In this document: one piece after another, positions 48,222 to 58,264 of the stretch
Position numbering within the stretch: position 1 is the first letter of the stretch
Layout: each line of letters begins with the position of its first letter
Source of the DNA: Acidobacteriota bacterium
GTDB taxonomy: Bacteria > Acidobacteriota > CAIWXX01
Direction: 5' to 3'
Assembly (NCBI GenBank): GCA_040755995.1
Contig: JBFMAF010000023.1
Coordinates: 224,001 to 288,000, forward strand
DNA length: 64,000 bases
Made by a program: the position numbers and the translations under genes
Notes under the pieces: generated by a model
Told to the model about the DNA's origin: nothing
What the model saw: only the letters and a program-made list of their open reading frames with translations
The model's database searches: none

Positions 48222-50369
48222 ATGGACACGAGATCGGCGGTGAACAGGTTGGTGCGCGTGGGGGTGCTGGCCGTCCCGTGCTCAGCGATGCTGCTTGGGG
48301 CCGAGCTCGGTTCGACGCTGACGGTCGGCGCCAGCTTCGCCGGCGGGGAGTTGATCAAGCAGGGGGGGCACATCGAGCTGAGTCTCAGCCGCCCCCTGGG
48401 ACCGACCGATGGCAGGCTCGCGGTGTTCCTGAACGAGATGGACCTTACGCCCCTCTTTACACTTGAAGGTACGAAGTTCACCATCCGTCCCACGTTTCCG
48501 AGTCTTCCCACAGGCGAGCACACCATGATCGTTTACCTTTTTGCGCCGGATGAATCATGGCGGGAAGTGGCGAGGTTCCCATTGAGGATCGAAGAGACAC
48601 CGTCTGAGCCGGTGGTCCTTGAGCCGGCAGTTCAGGCCGGGGGAACCACCAGCCAATGGTCGGCCACATGGGTGCCTTCCGTGACGCTGAACGTCGCGCA
48701 CCAATCCACACTCGAATACTACCCCGACACCAACCGCCCTGAACGCACTCGCTTCACTGACGTATCCCTCCAGGCCAGCGTGCAAGCAGGCCTGGCCCGA
48801 GGCCTGTTCAATACTCAGACCCAGTTCGACATCATGGGTGCCTCATTCGAGCAACAGGCACTCCGATACGGAGAAATGGGGGATAGCGCGCCGCAGGTTG
48901 ACCTGTCGAGCTACCTGGCCTCGGCCGAAATCAACAAGGTGAAAGTACAGTTGGGGCACACCTCCTTTGGCGGCCACCGCTATCTCATCAACAGCTTCAA
49001 CAGTCGTGGCATCACCCTGACCGTGCCGATTGCCGGGTGGGCGGACGTGTCCTTTTCAGGGATGAATGGCACCAGCATCGTAGGATGGGACAACTTCAGC
49101 GGGCTCAGCCGGCGCAAGCATCAGGTCTACGGCGGGACGGTCGGCCTCGAGCTCGTGCCAAAAAGGCCCGGCGGGGCGCGACTCGAGTTGAGCGCGCTCC
49201 ACGGATCGCTCCTGCCCGTGAGCAACTACAACCAGAGCAACCTCAACGATGCTGAGACCAGCCGAGGCTACGGAGCTCGGATCCTCGCCAGTGATACCGC
49301 GCAGCGTCTGCGCCTGGAAGCTGGCATCGCGCGAAGCCGTTTCACGAATCCCTCGGACCCTCTCCTGGACCAGGGAACAACGGTTGTGCCCGTACGGGCT
49401 GCGACAGGCTTGGCCCACTACCTCGACGTCAGTTATCAGATGTTGAGAGACCGTCCGGTGACCGAGCAGTGGATGTCCGGCTTGACTCTCGCCTTGCGCT
49501 ACAGCCGCGTCGATCCTCTCTATCGAAGCACAGCAGTTTTCGCGCAATCGGACCGGTTCGATACTCAGTACGAGCTTTCGGGAAACGTCGGCGACATCAC
49601 GGCGACGGGTAGTTACACGCGCGGGAACGACAATCTCGCTGGGGTCACATCAGTCCTGAAGACGCTCACCCGGCGCGCGAACGGGCAGTTCGCGGTTCCG
49701 CTCCCGGCGGTGTTCAGCGTCTCCGGTCTCCGGGGCCAGCTGTTTCCGCGAGTGGGCTACTCGTACGACCGTACCCACCAGTATGGTGCGAGCATGCCGA
49801 CCGGCGGTGACTTCGATCCCTCGAGCGTTCCCGATCAGGTGAGCACGAATCAGATCCTGACCGCCGATTGGCAGCTGGCCAACTGGCGGTTCGGCTATCG
49901 CCTGAACCAGTCCTTTCAGGACAACCGCCAGATCGGCCGGGCCGGGTCGGACTTGAAAAACCGGGTCAACAGTATGACCCTCGGAGTGACGCCTCACAAG
50001 AAATTGGATGTCAGCTTCGATCTGAGCTCCGAGCGCTCCCTCAACTACGAGACGGGTGCGCGCTATCAGATCTGGCGCAGCACCGCGGCTCTCAGTCTCC
50101 AGACCACACTCCGTTCAATGCTGACACTGACCATCGGCACGACCTTCGAAGGCGATGTGGCGAAGTCGAACGACAGCCGCAACATCGACCTCGACGCCCA
50201 ATGGGCCGCCGGGTTCAGCAAGCAGAAGGATCGCTTCCGCAAGTTCGACACGCAGTTCTTCATTCGCTACGCACAGCGATATGCCAGCTCGTACGACCAT
50301 GTTTTCATCACGGAAAACCTGACCAGACTGCAGACCGTGAATGCCGGGCTGAAGATTACTTTCTTCTGA
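48222..50369 (+). CDS. Large putative outer-membrane beta-barrel with N-terminal Ig-like domain
   Basis: Signal peptide, 'LPTGEHT..V' Ig-like segment, long strand-rich region, C-terminal 'GLKITFF'. Confidence 0.7.
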   Translation: MDTRSAVNRLVRVGVLAVPCSAMLLGAELGSTLTVGASFAGGELIKQGGHIELSLSRPLGPTDGRLAVFLNEMDLTPLFTLEGTKFTIRPTFPSLPTGEHTMIVYLFAPDESWREVARFPLRIEETPSEPVVLEPAVQAGGTTSQWSATWVPSVTLNVAHQSTLEYYPDTNRPERTRFTDVSLQASVQAGLARGLFNTQTQFDIMGASFEQQALRYGEMGDSAPQVDLSSYLASAEINKVKVQLGHTSFGGHRYLINSFNSRGITLTVPIAGWADVSFSGMNGTSIVGWDNFSGLSRRKHQVYGGTVGLELVPKRPGGARLELSALHGSLLPVSNYNQSNLNDAETSRGYGARILASDTAQRLRLEAGIARSRFTNPSDPLLDQGTTVVPVRAATGLAHYLDVSYQMLRDRPVTEQWMSGLTLALRYSRVDPLYRSTAVFAQSDRFDTQYELSGNVGDITATGSYTRGNDNLAGVTSVLKTLTRRANGQFAVPLPAVFSVSGLRGQLFPRVGYSYDRTHQYGASMPTGGDFDPSSVPDQVSTNQILTADWQLANWRFGYRLNQSFQDNRQIGRAGSDLKNRVNSMTLGVTPHKKLDVSFDLSSERSLNYETGARYQIWRSTAALSLQTTLRSMLTLTIGTTFEGDVAKSNDSRNIDLDAQWAAGFSKQKDRFRKFDTQFFIRYAQRYASSYDHVFITENLTRLQTVNAGLKITFF

Positions 50370-50378
50370 GGTCGCACA

Positions 50379-51647
50379 ATGAAAAGAACATCCTTGAACC
50401 TTTCTGTTTTCACCGCCGCGATTCTTCTCTTCCTGGTCGAGCCGGCGGCGGCGCAGCCGATCAAAGTCAACCCGACCGCTCTGAACATCAATGCTCAGGG
50501 GGGCACAGTGGCCTTTCTCACCTTCGGCGGATTGACGGACGAGGTGCCCGCCGATGCTTGCTGGTGCCGCGAGTTGACCCCGGCGGCTCCGGACATCGGG
50601 CTCATGTGCGATCCGGCGACCATACTGGGGTGCCTCCCCACCCGCTATGACCAATCCGTGCACAGCGGCACAGGCGGGTTCACGGACATCATGTCCATCC
50701 CGCCCTCTGTGGCAAGGCGCGCCTATCAGGCGGCCGCCGAAGGCGAGACTTCCAGCTTCCATTACGTCAGGCGATTCGTCAGCCCGAGCGGCGGCCCCGA
50801 CCAATACGTGAGCGTGCTCCTCCGGCTGACGGGCGGCGGAGCTCGCACCCCCTTCTCCCTCACATCTGTGACACTCGGCTTCGATCCGCCGCAGACCGTG
50901 ACGGTCGTTCGTCCGGACGAGCTTGTGCCGCCGATCGAGGCCGAGATCGTCTACAGCGGCACAGGCCGGCTTATGGGACGGTGGGAGGTGGTGCTACCCG
51001 GCGATCAGCTGCCCGAAGATGACGACCTGCTCACGGGCGCGACACTCCCGGCCGAAGCTCGTACGCTCCAGCGCCGCTACACCCAGATCAGCACGTTCAA
51101 CGTCTTCCTGCCGCCGACAGGTAGATACACGTTGCCGGGGCCCGATCCATCGCGGCTGCCTACCCGCATTCCCGGCCAGTACTTCATGCTCCTGCGCATC
51201 GAATGCACTGACGACAAGGAAGATGATTCGGACCTAGCCGCGGTTGGCGCCGGGCCCGGGGTGATTCACGCCGGAGCGGTCGCGGCATTTCCGCTGCCGA
51301 CGCTGCGATACTTCGTCGGCGGCACGCCGGACGTCCAGCAGTCCGGTGGCGTCTCATTCGCACCGGCCGATCGGGCCGTTATTCTCACGCTGCCCGTCGT
51401 CTTCACGTGGCCAGTTCTTTCGACGGAGGCGGCGCTCTACCGCCTCGAGATCGAACGGCTTTCAGGTGAGCACATTCTCTCTGCCCTTGTGCCTCCAGAA
51501 CTGAGCGTCTACCGGGCTCCGCCATTGTTGGTGGAGAAGGCGGGGAGGGACGTCGTGCGCTGGAGAGTCCTCGGCCTCGACACCGGTGGCAAGTCGATTA
51601 TCGAATCCGCCTGGCGCACGCTGCGCATCGGTGTGGCCAGGAGTTAG
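50379..51647 (+). CDS. Hypothetical exported beta-rich protein
   Basis: Signal peptide ending AAA; Pro/beta-rich; 9 nt after the barrel gene. Confidence 0.75.
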   Translation: MKRTSLNLSVFTAAILLFLVEPAAAQPIKVNPTALNINAQGGTVAFLTFGGLTDEVPADACWCRELTPAAPDIGLMCDPATILGCLPTRYDQSVHSGTGGFTDIMSIPPSVARRAYQAAAEGETSSFHYVRRFVSPSGGPDQYVSVLLRLTGGGARTPFSLTSVTLGFDPPQTVTVVRPDELVPPIEAEIVYSGTGRLMGRWEVVLPGDQLPEDDDLLTGATLPAEARTLQRRYTQISTFNVFLPPTGRYTLPGPDPSRLPTRIPGQYFMLLRIECTDDKEDDSDLAAVGAGPGVIHAGAVAAFPLPTLRYFVGGTPDVQQSGGVSFAPADRAVILTLPVVFTWPVLSTEAALYRLEIERLSGEHILSALVPPELSVYRAPPLLVEKAGRDVVRWRVLGLDTGGKSIIESAWRTLRIGVARS

Positions 51648-51699
51648 GACGATGCGCCGGTCAGGAAGGGCCGTTTCGAAAGAGCGCACCCGTGTGGCT

Positions 51700-51867
51700 C
51701 GCGAGATCTCCCAGATCCGAAAGATGTACAGGCTCAATCCAATTCGCGACCTCCGTCCAGTCTGTCCAAATTGCCACACGATAATTCACCTGCGTGCGCC
51801 GGCCTACAAGGTCAAGGAAGTGAAGTCGTTCCTGCGCAAGGAGAGGCAAGCCCATGCTGCACACTGA
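51700..51867 (+). pseudogene. HNH endonuclease C-terminal remnant
   Basis: 'Y.LNPIRDLRPVCPNCH.IIH' without an N-terminal part. Confidence 0.7.
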
Positions 51868-52028
51868 ACCAACACATATACTGGCGTGAGGTTGACACCA
51901 GGTGTAAGGTGCTCGGAGCAGAGACCCTCGCCTGTCGTCGATGTAGAACCAAGTCCCGCGATACTTGACCGCGATGCCTGCGCGGTCCGGCGGTTTCGGG
52001 GCGGATTGAACTCGAATCAGTCGGCGCG

Positions 52029-52387
52029 TCACGTTCTTCCAGTAAAGACCTCACCTGCAGGGGTGCGCGTGGTCGTGACGATGAACGAGCGGATGATCCT
52101 CGCCGAATCCGGCAGTGATTCAAGCGGCAGCTCCTCATGGGCATCGAGACGACGGAGCGCCTCCTCGTAGACCAACAGGACCCGCTTGAGCACGCCGTGC
52201 TCTCGCATCAGGTCCTCGCCCGGCGAGACCTCCTGCTCACCGCGGGTGGGACCACTCTGGGTCTACCGGACGCAGCCAAGCTCGCGCATGCGTATCCAAC
52301 GATCGCAAGAGTCGTGCCCGAGGCGAGGGCTTCGAGGAACCGGCGGCGCTCATTGCCGCAACCGTGAACATCTATCTGATCTTTCAC
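52029..52387 (-). pseudogene. Frameshifted, truncated Tat-exported hemerythrin-like gene
   Basis: 'RRRFL' signal in one frame, 'EVSPGEDLMREHGVLKRVLLVYEE...IIRSFI' in another. Confidence 0.7.
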
Positions 52388-52413
52388 AATGATCTCCTTT
52401 CGACGTGCCTCTT

Positions 52414-53826
52414 TCACACAGGCCACACCCACGCGGTCAGAACGGCACTGAAGAGTACTGCGGCACACGCGAGGCCCGCTCTGGCTCCGGCGACCGACCC
52501 TGCGGGGACCTGTCGGGACCACACATAGGCCTTCCCGAAGACCGCCAACGTCGTGGCGAGCATGGCCCAGCCCAGTGCGGAGAGCCCGAGGAAGCCGGCT
52601 GGAGAGGCCAGCGTGTGATCGGCGATGCGACGAAGAGTGTCGACGCCGAGAGGATCGTGTAGCGCCAGGGGCAGGAATCCTCCCCATGCTGTTATCTTGG
52701 CCGCGGCCTTGGCGAGGTGTGCGACGGCCACGACCGGGGCCGCGCCGGTTGCGGCGGCGAGCAGGAGAGTCCGGAGATCGCCGCGATGGCCAATTAGGTA
52801 CCCAATGCCACAGACAACTGCCCAGACCAAGAGCGGAAACACCACGAGAAACCACAGCGCCTCGTACCATCCGAAGGGAATTGACGGGACGAGCGTATTC
52901 AACCATGCGGGGAGAGAGTGGAATGTGCCATCGAGCCAGTTGACCTCACCGATCACTTCGTGAGCAACGAAGCCGAGGGCGATCATCACAAACGCCGCCT
53001 CGAAGGGCCGAAGAAGGCCCTTGCGACGCACGGGCGCACTGGATTCGACGAGGCCAAGGCCCATGTTGTGATATGGGCAGACCTTGGCACACTGGAGGCA
53101 GAGCACGCAACCATCGGACGGGTCGCGCCGGAACGGGACCAGCAGTGACGGGCAGCTCCGCTTGTCGAAGCGTTCGCGGTTCCGGGCACGGAGACAGTCG
53201 TGCGACGGGCAGGCATCGCAAACTGCCTGATCGCGCACCTCGAGCTGGATCGGCGTATGCCGCCCGTACACGGAAAGGAGCGCGGAGGCCGGGCAGAATG
53301 CCTTGCAGAACGAACGATGCTCGCGAAACAGGAATCCCGATAGCAGTGCGCCGCCGGCAAGCGTGGCGAGCAGGACGCTGGTGTAGTGCGGCACACGATG
53401 GACCGAGCCGCCTGCAACCAGGAGCTGCATCACGAGATACACAGCCACGGTCATCCACCCGGCGCGGAGAAACCGACCCAGCCGCGCCCGCGGCCACGCC
53501 GCCCGGCGGGCGAGCGAGTCGCCGAGCCGGTTCACCAGTTCCATGGGACAGACCGTGCACCAGGCACGGCCAAGCGCGAGGGCCACCGCGATCATGCCGG
53601 GCCACCACAGCCCCCAGACCACCAGTGTGGTGATGTTGGTCTTGCGAAGCGTCATGAGCTCATCGGCCTTCATCCCTGCGCCGATGCCCGCGCCGCTGAT
53701 CGCGAGCCACGACATCACCGCCATCGTGATCACCTGAAGCGCCAGAGGAAAGGCGGCCGAGTCGACTAGTGCGCGAACCGGACGCCACGCGAGCAGGTCA
53801 GGGCTCACAAGAGACGGCCGATTCAC
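52414..53826 (-). CDS. Membrane polyferredoxin (4Fe-4S binding, NapH/MauN-like)
   Basis: 'GRAWCTVCP', 'FCKAFCP', CxxCxxCxxxCP; many TM. Confidence 0.88.
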   Translation of the reverse strand: MNRPSLVSPDLLAWRPVRALVDSAAFPLALQVITMAVMSWLAISGAGIGAGMKADELMTLRKTNITTLVVWGLWWPGMIAVALALGRAWCTVCPMELVNRLGDSLARRAAWPRARLGRFLRAGWMTVAVYLVMQLLVAGGSVHRVPHYTSVLLATLAGGALLSGFLFREHRSFCKAFCPASALLSVYGRHTPIQLEVRDQAVCDACPSHDCLRARNRERFDKRSCPSLLVPFRRDPSDGCVLCLQCAKVCPYHNMGLGLVESSAPVRRKGLLRPFEAAFVMIALGFVAHEVIGEVNWLDGTFHSLPAWLNTLVPSIPFGWYEALWFLVVFPLLVWAVVCGIGYLIGHRGDLRTLLLAAATGAAPVVAVAHLAKAAAKITAWGGFLPLALHDPLGVDTLRRIADHTLASPAGFLGLSALGWAMLATTLAVFGKAYVWSRQVPAGSVAGARAGLACAAVLFSAVLTAWVWPV

Positions 53827-54170
53827 GAGTCCTCCTCCGCTTCTTCGCGCAGGACAACCTCGCGGTACAGTTGGACGATGTGTTCACGCAGGAGGGCCAG
53901 GACCTCCTGGCCGCTCTTCGTCAACGAATAGTCTCTGCGTGCGCGCGGACCGCCGCGAGGGTCGACCTTGCACCGCAGCCATCCGTGCTTCTCCAACCTC
54001 GCAAGCAGCGGATAGATTGTTCCCGGGCTCACCTCATATCCGTGACGGCTCAGCTCCCGAATCATCCACTGGCCTACCATCGGCCCCTCGGACGCATGAT
54101 GCAAGATGTGCGCCTTCCAGAACGCGAGGAGTATCTCGCGCTGCAGTGCTTTCGTGCTATCCACGGTCAT
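53823..54170 (-). CDS. PadR-family transcriptional regulator
   Basis: 'SPGTIYPLL.RLE..GWL', 'RR.Y.LT..G'. Confidence 0.92.
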   Translation of the reverse strand: MTVDSTKALQREILLAFWKAHILHHASEGPMVGQWMIRELSRHGYEVSPGTIYPLLARLEKHGWLRCKVDPRGGPRARRDYSLTKSGQEVLALLREHIVQLYREVVLREEAEEDS

Positions 54171-54184
54171 GCCTCCCCTCAATC

Positions 54185-54222
54185 ATTACGATAATCGTAA
54201 TCGATCCTCGTAACCCTGTCAA
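54185..54222 (-). promoter_or_regulatory. Promoter with overlapping palindromic operator for the padR operon
   Basis: TTGACA-17-TACGAT; perfect inverted repeat ATTACGAT-A-ATCGTAAT at 54185-54201. Confidence 0.75.
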
Positions 54223-54313
54223 CATGCAAGGTCCCGCCCACGTCCTCTCCGACGGCCCAAGGATCACCCAGCAGCCAGGATCGCGCTTGAAATGCCCTCG
54301 CGCGCGCGTGGCC

Positions 54314-54584
54314 GCCGCTCGGCCAAGTGAGCCTGACACCGCGGAGTGAATCGTTTTCACGAGTCCCAGTTGTCACCGCAGATGACGGGGTGACTCGATC
54401 GACCGGGCAGAGGAGAATGACGACGAAGGATCGCACGCGTGCGGAGGATTTCCTCGAGCTAGTCGAGCGCGCCAGGCGCGGACGCCTCAAGGTGTACCTC
54501 GGGTTCGCGGCGGGGTCCAGAAACCGGCGTCGTGGTGCGAGAGACGGTTCCGGACACGTTCTTGAGGCAGGCGGACCAGGTGGT
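54314..54584 (+). pseudogene. Deleted copy of kdpC-kdpD spacer and kdpD 5' pieces
   Basis: Matches ~26124-26321, ~26570-26585 and ~26693-26753, joined directly. Confidence 0.9.
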
Positions 54585-54677
54585 CTATGCAACGGATGTG
54601 TCCAAGCAGATGGTTCGCCGCGCGAGGAAGCGTTTGCAAGGCCGTTCGAATGTGCGATTCATCGAGACCAACGGGGT

Positions 54678-55096
54678 GGATCCGGAAGGGCGCAGTCGAC
54701 GCGATCTGCAAACACGTCGTGTCACTCGGTGGGCGGGCCTCCGACGGCCTCGATGCCGTGGCACAGGCTGCCGGGGACACAGGCGGCACACCCCCTGGCC
54801 GTCTCCGACGGCGATCGCCTGCTCGGCGTGATCCATCTCAAGGACGTCGTGAAGGGGGCATCAAGGAGCGGTTCGCCCGGTTCCGCGCCATGGGCATTCG
54901 GACCGTCATGATCACGGGAGACAACCCTCGAACCGCCGCCGCCATCGCGGCCGAGGCGGGAGTGGATGATTTCCTGGCCGAGGCGACGCCTGAGCGGAAG
55001 ATGGTGCTCATCAAGGAGGAACAGGCCAAGGGCAAGCTAGTCGCGATGACCGGAGACGGCAGGAATGATGCTCCGGCTCTCGCCCAGGCCGACGTC
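54678..55096 (+). pseudogene. Internal kdpB fragment
   Basis: Matches 24632-25050 with substitutions and two indels; GDGTND changed to GDGRND. Confidence 0.92.
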
Positions 55097-55198
55097 CATC
55101 GGGCGGCCGGGAGCTCCGCATCGACTCTGGCTCCGGCACAAACCAAGCGCCGCCCCTGGGCGGCATGGATGTCCCGCCGGTGGGACGTGCTTCATCCC

Positions 55199-55685
55199 AT
55201 GAAGAGCCCCGGTCCTGAACGACGAAAGCCTGGCTCGCAGGCCGGCACCTCTTCCAAGGATCGCTCTCTGGGTCTTGTGATCCTTGGTGGCACTGGTTTC
55301 ATAGGCGGCCATCTGTGCGATCTCCTCCTGCGCCGCGGACACCGGGTTGTCTGCGTCGACAATCTCTTCTCCTTCTCCATGCGCGGCGTGGAGCACCTTT
55401 CGGGGCACGAGCGCTTTCACTTCTTCAATCGCGACGTATCGCGGCCGATCGAGATCGCGCCGCCAGTGGACGGTGTTCTGCACCTGGCGACTCCCGCCGA
55501 TCCCCGGCTCTTTCGGACTCATCCGGTGGATGTCGCGCGAGCTGCCGGGCTCGGGACGGCATCGGCGCTTGACCTCGCCCGCGAGCACGGGTGCCGCTTT
55601 CTCCTCGCCTCCTCGGAGGCGGTCTACGGGGAGCCGTCGGAACACCCGCAAAGTGAGCGGACGCTGGGAAGCCTCGATCCCCGGT
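55199..55685 (+). pseudogene. 5' fragment of a UDP-glucuronate decarboxylase-like SDR
   Basis: '[22 protein letters not shown]', 'LLASS..VYGEP.EHPQ.E..G.LDP'; stops before YxxxK. Confidence 0.8.
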
Positions 55686-55885
55686 GGGTAGACGAGCAGG
55701 GCCAAGTCTCCATGCCGCACTCCTGCCTGTTGCGAGAGCCAGGCAGCGAGCCGGCGCGTGCGCTCATGGAATGACGCACAGGTGTACGCCTCTCGTTCCC
55801 TTCCGTCCGCGTCGAGGAAGCTATAGAGGCACTTGTGAGGCTGCAGCGCGGCCCAGTCGTCCAAGCAGTCGATGATGGAGCTCAT
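55676..55885 (-). pseudogene. 5' fragment of a fatty acyl-AMP ligase
   Basis: 'QP.K.LYSFL...G.E...T...F.......LAA.L......GD..LLVYPPG'. Confidence 0.75.
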
Positions 55886-56479
55886 GCATCATGCCCTTTC
55901 GGGTCCGGCACGGCGACGGCTGCCGCTCTTCGCGATATCCTCTGTTCGTTCGAACGCGCTATGATCGTCGACAAGGCGGGAGATAGTGTACCCCGAGTTG
56001 CTTCGCATCGGTAGGTTCTCGGTCGGGGCCAATGCCGGTCGACGAGCCAACTCATCAGCATCGTGATCGTCGTCATCTCGGTGGCATGCATCATCAGGCG
56101 CATCAGGGCGCGTGGAATCACACGGGTGCCCTGCCCGGTGTGAGCCGAACTCTACATACACGCCTATCCTTGACAGAGGTCGATCTCCACGCTATCTTTC
56201 GGCCATGTCCTGTCCGCTCCGCGCTAGTGCGCGATGCCATGCTACATCGGTAGTATTTTCGCGGCTGCCTGCGTGAATGAGCACACACCGATCTCCGTGG
56301 TGGCACCATGTATCCGGTAATTCACGTCGGCACGTGGGGGATCGGCTCTCACACCGTCATGATCTCCCTGACGATGTTGAAGTTCAAGGCGAAGGCCCGG
56401 GTGGCCGCGCGCGCGGAGCCGACCTGAAAGCGTCTCGGCGACCACGGCCTGACTGCACCCATCGCCCCTGCCGCCATCA

Positions 56480-57496
56480 GTGGCACAACAGAACTCGGTG
56501 AGTTTCCGTGAGGAGCCGTGCCTGGTCACGGGGGCCACCGGCTTTGTCGGTAGCCACTTGGTTGACAGCTTGATACAGGGGGGAGCCTCGGTCTCGGTGC
56601 TTGTCCGCCGGAACAGCAATCTGCAATGGCTGCGTGACAAACCCGTGCAGCTACTCCGGGGTGACATCCTGGATGCCATCACTGCCGAGGTGACCGAGGT
56701 TCTCAAGAGGAGCACCTATGTCTTTCATGCGGCGGGAGCCATCATGGCCTTGCGCCGGGAAGACTATTTCAAGGTCAACGCTGACGGGACCAGGAGACTA
56801 CTAGCGGCCCTGAGGAATGCGAACGGCCCGCTGAAGCGGTTTGTGCTGATTTCGTCGCTGGCAGCCGCGGGTCCTGGCACCGGTGACGCTCTGATCGGCG
56901 AAGATCAGGAACCGCATCCCGTCAGTTGGTATGGCAGCAGCAAACTGGAGGCCGAGCGAATCGCCCACGAGTACGGGCCGTCGGTACCGTTCACGATCGT
57001 TCGGCCGCCACCAGTCTATGGACCTCGTGACTACGCACTGCTGCCTGTGTTCAGATTACTGAAGCGCGGTCTCACGCCTGTGGTGGGACGAGGTTCCCAG
57101 ACCAACTTCGTCTACATCACGGATCTCATCGAGGGTATCCTGCTTGCAGCCAGGTCCGAACAGGGGCGTGGGGAGATATTCCATATCGGTGCTCTGGAGA
57201 ACTGCAGCGCCACACTTGTTCTCAACCGGATTGTGGCTGCGATCCAGCGGAAGACGATTACCCTACCCATTCCTATGCCGTTGGTCTATCTGGCTGCTCT
57301 CTTTTCTGAGATCAGGATGAGAATGACCGGCACACCGGAGATCCTCAGTTTCCAGAAATTGGCCGAACTGAAGCAGGCCAACTGGAGCATGGATATCAGC
57401 AAGGCTCGGCGAATCCTGCACTATGATCCAAGAGTATCGATCGAAGAGGGCGGGCGTTTGACATATGAGTGGTATCAGCGGGCCGGGTGGTTGTGA
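56480..57496 (+). CDS. NAD-dependent epimerase/dehydratase (extended SDR)
   Basis: TGATGFVG, 'SSLAAAGP', YGSSK, 'RPPPVYGPRD'. Confidence 0.92.
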   Translation: MAQQNSVSFREEPCLVTGATGFVGSHLVDSLIQGGASVSVLVRRNSNLQWLRDKPVQLLRGDILDAITAEVTEVLKRSTYVFHAAGAIMALRREDYFKVNADGTRRLLAALRNANGPLKRFVLISSLAAAGPGTGDALIGEDQEPHPVSWYGSSKLEAERIAHEYGPSVPFTIVRPPPVYGPRDYALLPVFRLLKRGLTPVVGRGSQTNFVYITDLIEGILLAARSEQGRGEIFHIGALENCSATLVLNRIVAAIQRKTITLPIPMPLVYLAALFSEIRMRMTGTPEILSFQKLAELKQANWSMDISKARRILHYDPRVSIEEGGRLTYEWYQRAGWL

Positions 57497-57525
57497 GAAG
57501 CTGCTCCGCGCCCCACCGCGGTGCT

Positions 57526-57660
57526 AACATGTTGCGATGGAGTCAGGTGTTTGGTGCGATGCGTCATGGTCACACGCGAGCTGTCCGCTCTCTACTCTAA
57601 ACGCGAGGTGCGGCCAGTGCGGCCTCGCGTGCTACATCGATCCGAAGCCGCGCCTCGCTA
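57526..57660 (-). repeat. 135-bp structured element starting at a stop codon, copy 2
   Basis: Reverse complement matches 42855-42989. Confidence 0.85.
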
Positions 57661-58182
57661 GAACCTCACGCCCAGATTGAGGATGACATCCGTCTGTGCC
57701 TCGTCGGCGAATGCCCGGCGGAACTCGAACTCGATCGTGTAGTGTCTGGCCAGTTTGAGGCCGCCGAATGCCTGCAAGGCCGGACTCGTGTCGGATCCCT
57801 CGAAGATCCGCAGGCCGAGTATCGTGGTACTCCAGTCATTCCTGAGAAATCCGAACCCGAGGCCGCCGTAGGGAACGGCTACTGCCTCCTTTGCCGGTGA
57901 GAATGTGACGTTGCCGAACAAGCCCCACAGAGTCCGTGAGGTGTCGACGATGAGGATGGTCGTGGTTACGTGCTGGAGCTCGAACTCGGGCCCGACCAGC
58001 ACAAGATCAGTGAGCCTGAAGTCCGCGCCGACCTGGTAGTTGAGCCTGTCCACAAGGTCGTAGATCTCATCGGTATTCACGTTCAGGTCTACTCCGATCG
58101 CACCGTAGATGCGATGCTCGACCGAGAGCGCTGGACTGGAAAGCCCGGCCACGAGTAGCACGGCCGTCAAGAGGTCCCTCAT
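57658..58182 (-). CDS. Small outer-membrane beta-barrel protein
   Basis: Signal peptide, 'PYGGLGFG', C-terminal 'NLGVRF'. Confidence 0.85.
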   Translation of the reverse strand: MRDLLTAVLLVAGLSSPALSVEHRIYGAIGVDLNVNTDEIYDLVDRLNYQVGADFRLTDLVLVGPEFELQHVTTTILIVDTSRTLWGLFGNVTFSPAKEAVAVPYGGLGFGFLRNDWSTTILGLRIFEGSDTSPALQAFGGLKLARHYTIEFEFRRAFADEAQTDVILNLGVRF

Positions 58183-58264
58183 CTGTCATGCTCCTTTCGT
58201 GTCAAGAAACGGCGCACCAGGATGTCGTCGGGTGCGTGGGCGTGAAGACCGGCGCCTGTGTGAG

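Noticed and set aside
54587..55774. 395-aa KdpB-epimerase fusion protein
   Set aside because: Chance open frame across decayed fragments; catalytic motifs missing or mutated
57520..57660. Integron attC site
   Set aside because: GTTAGCA appears in only one copy, there is no matching RYYYAAC after the stop codon, and no integrase is present
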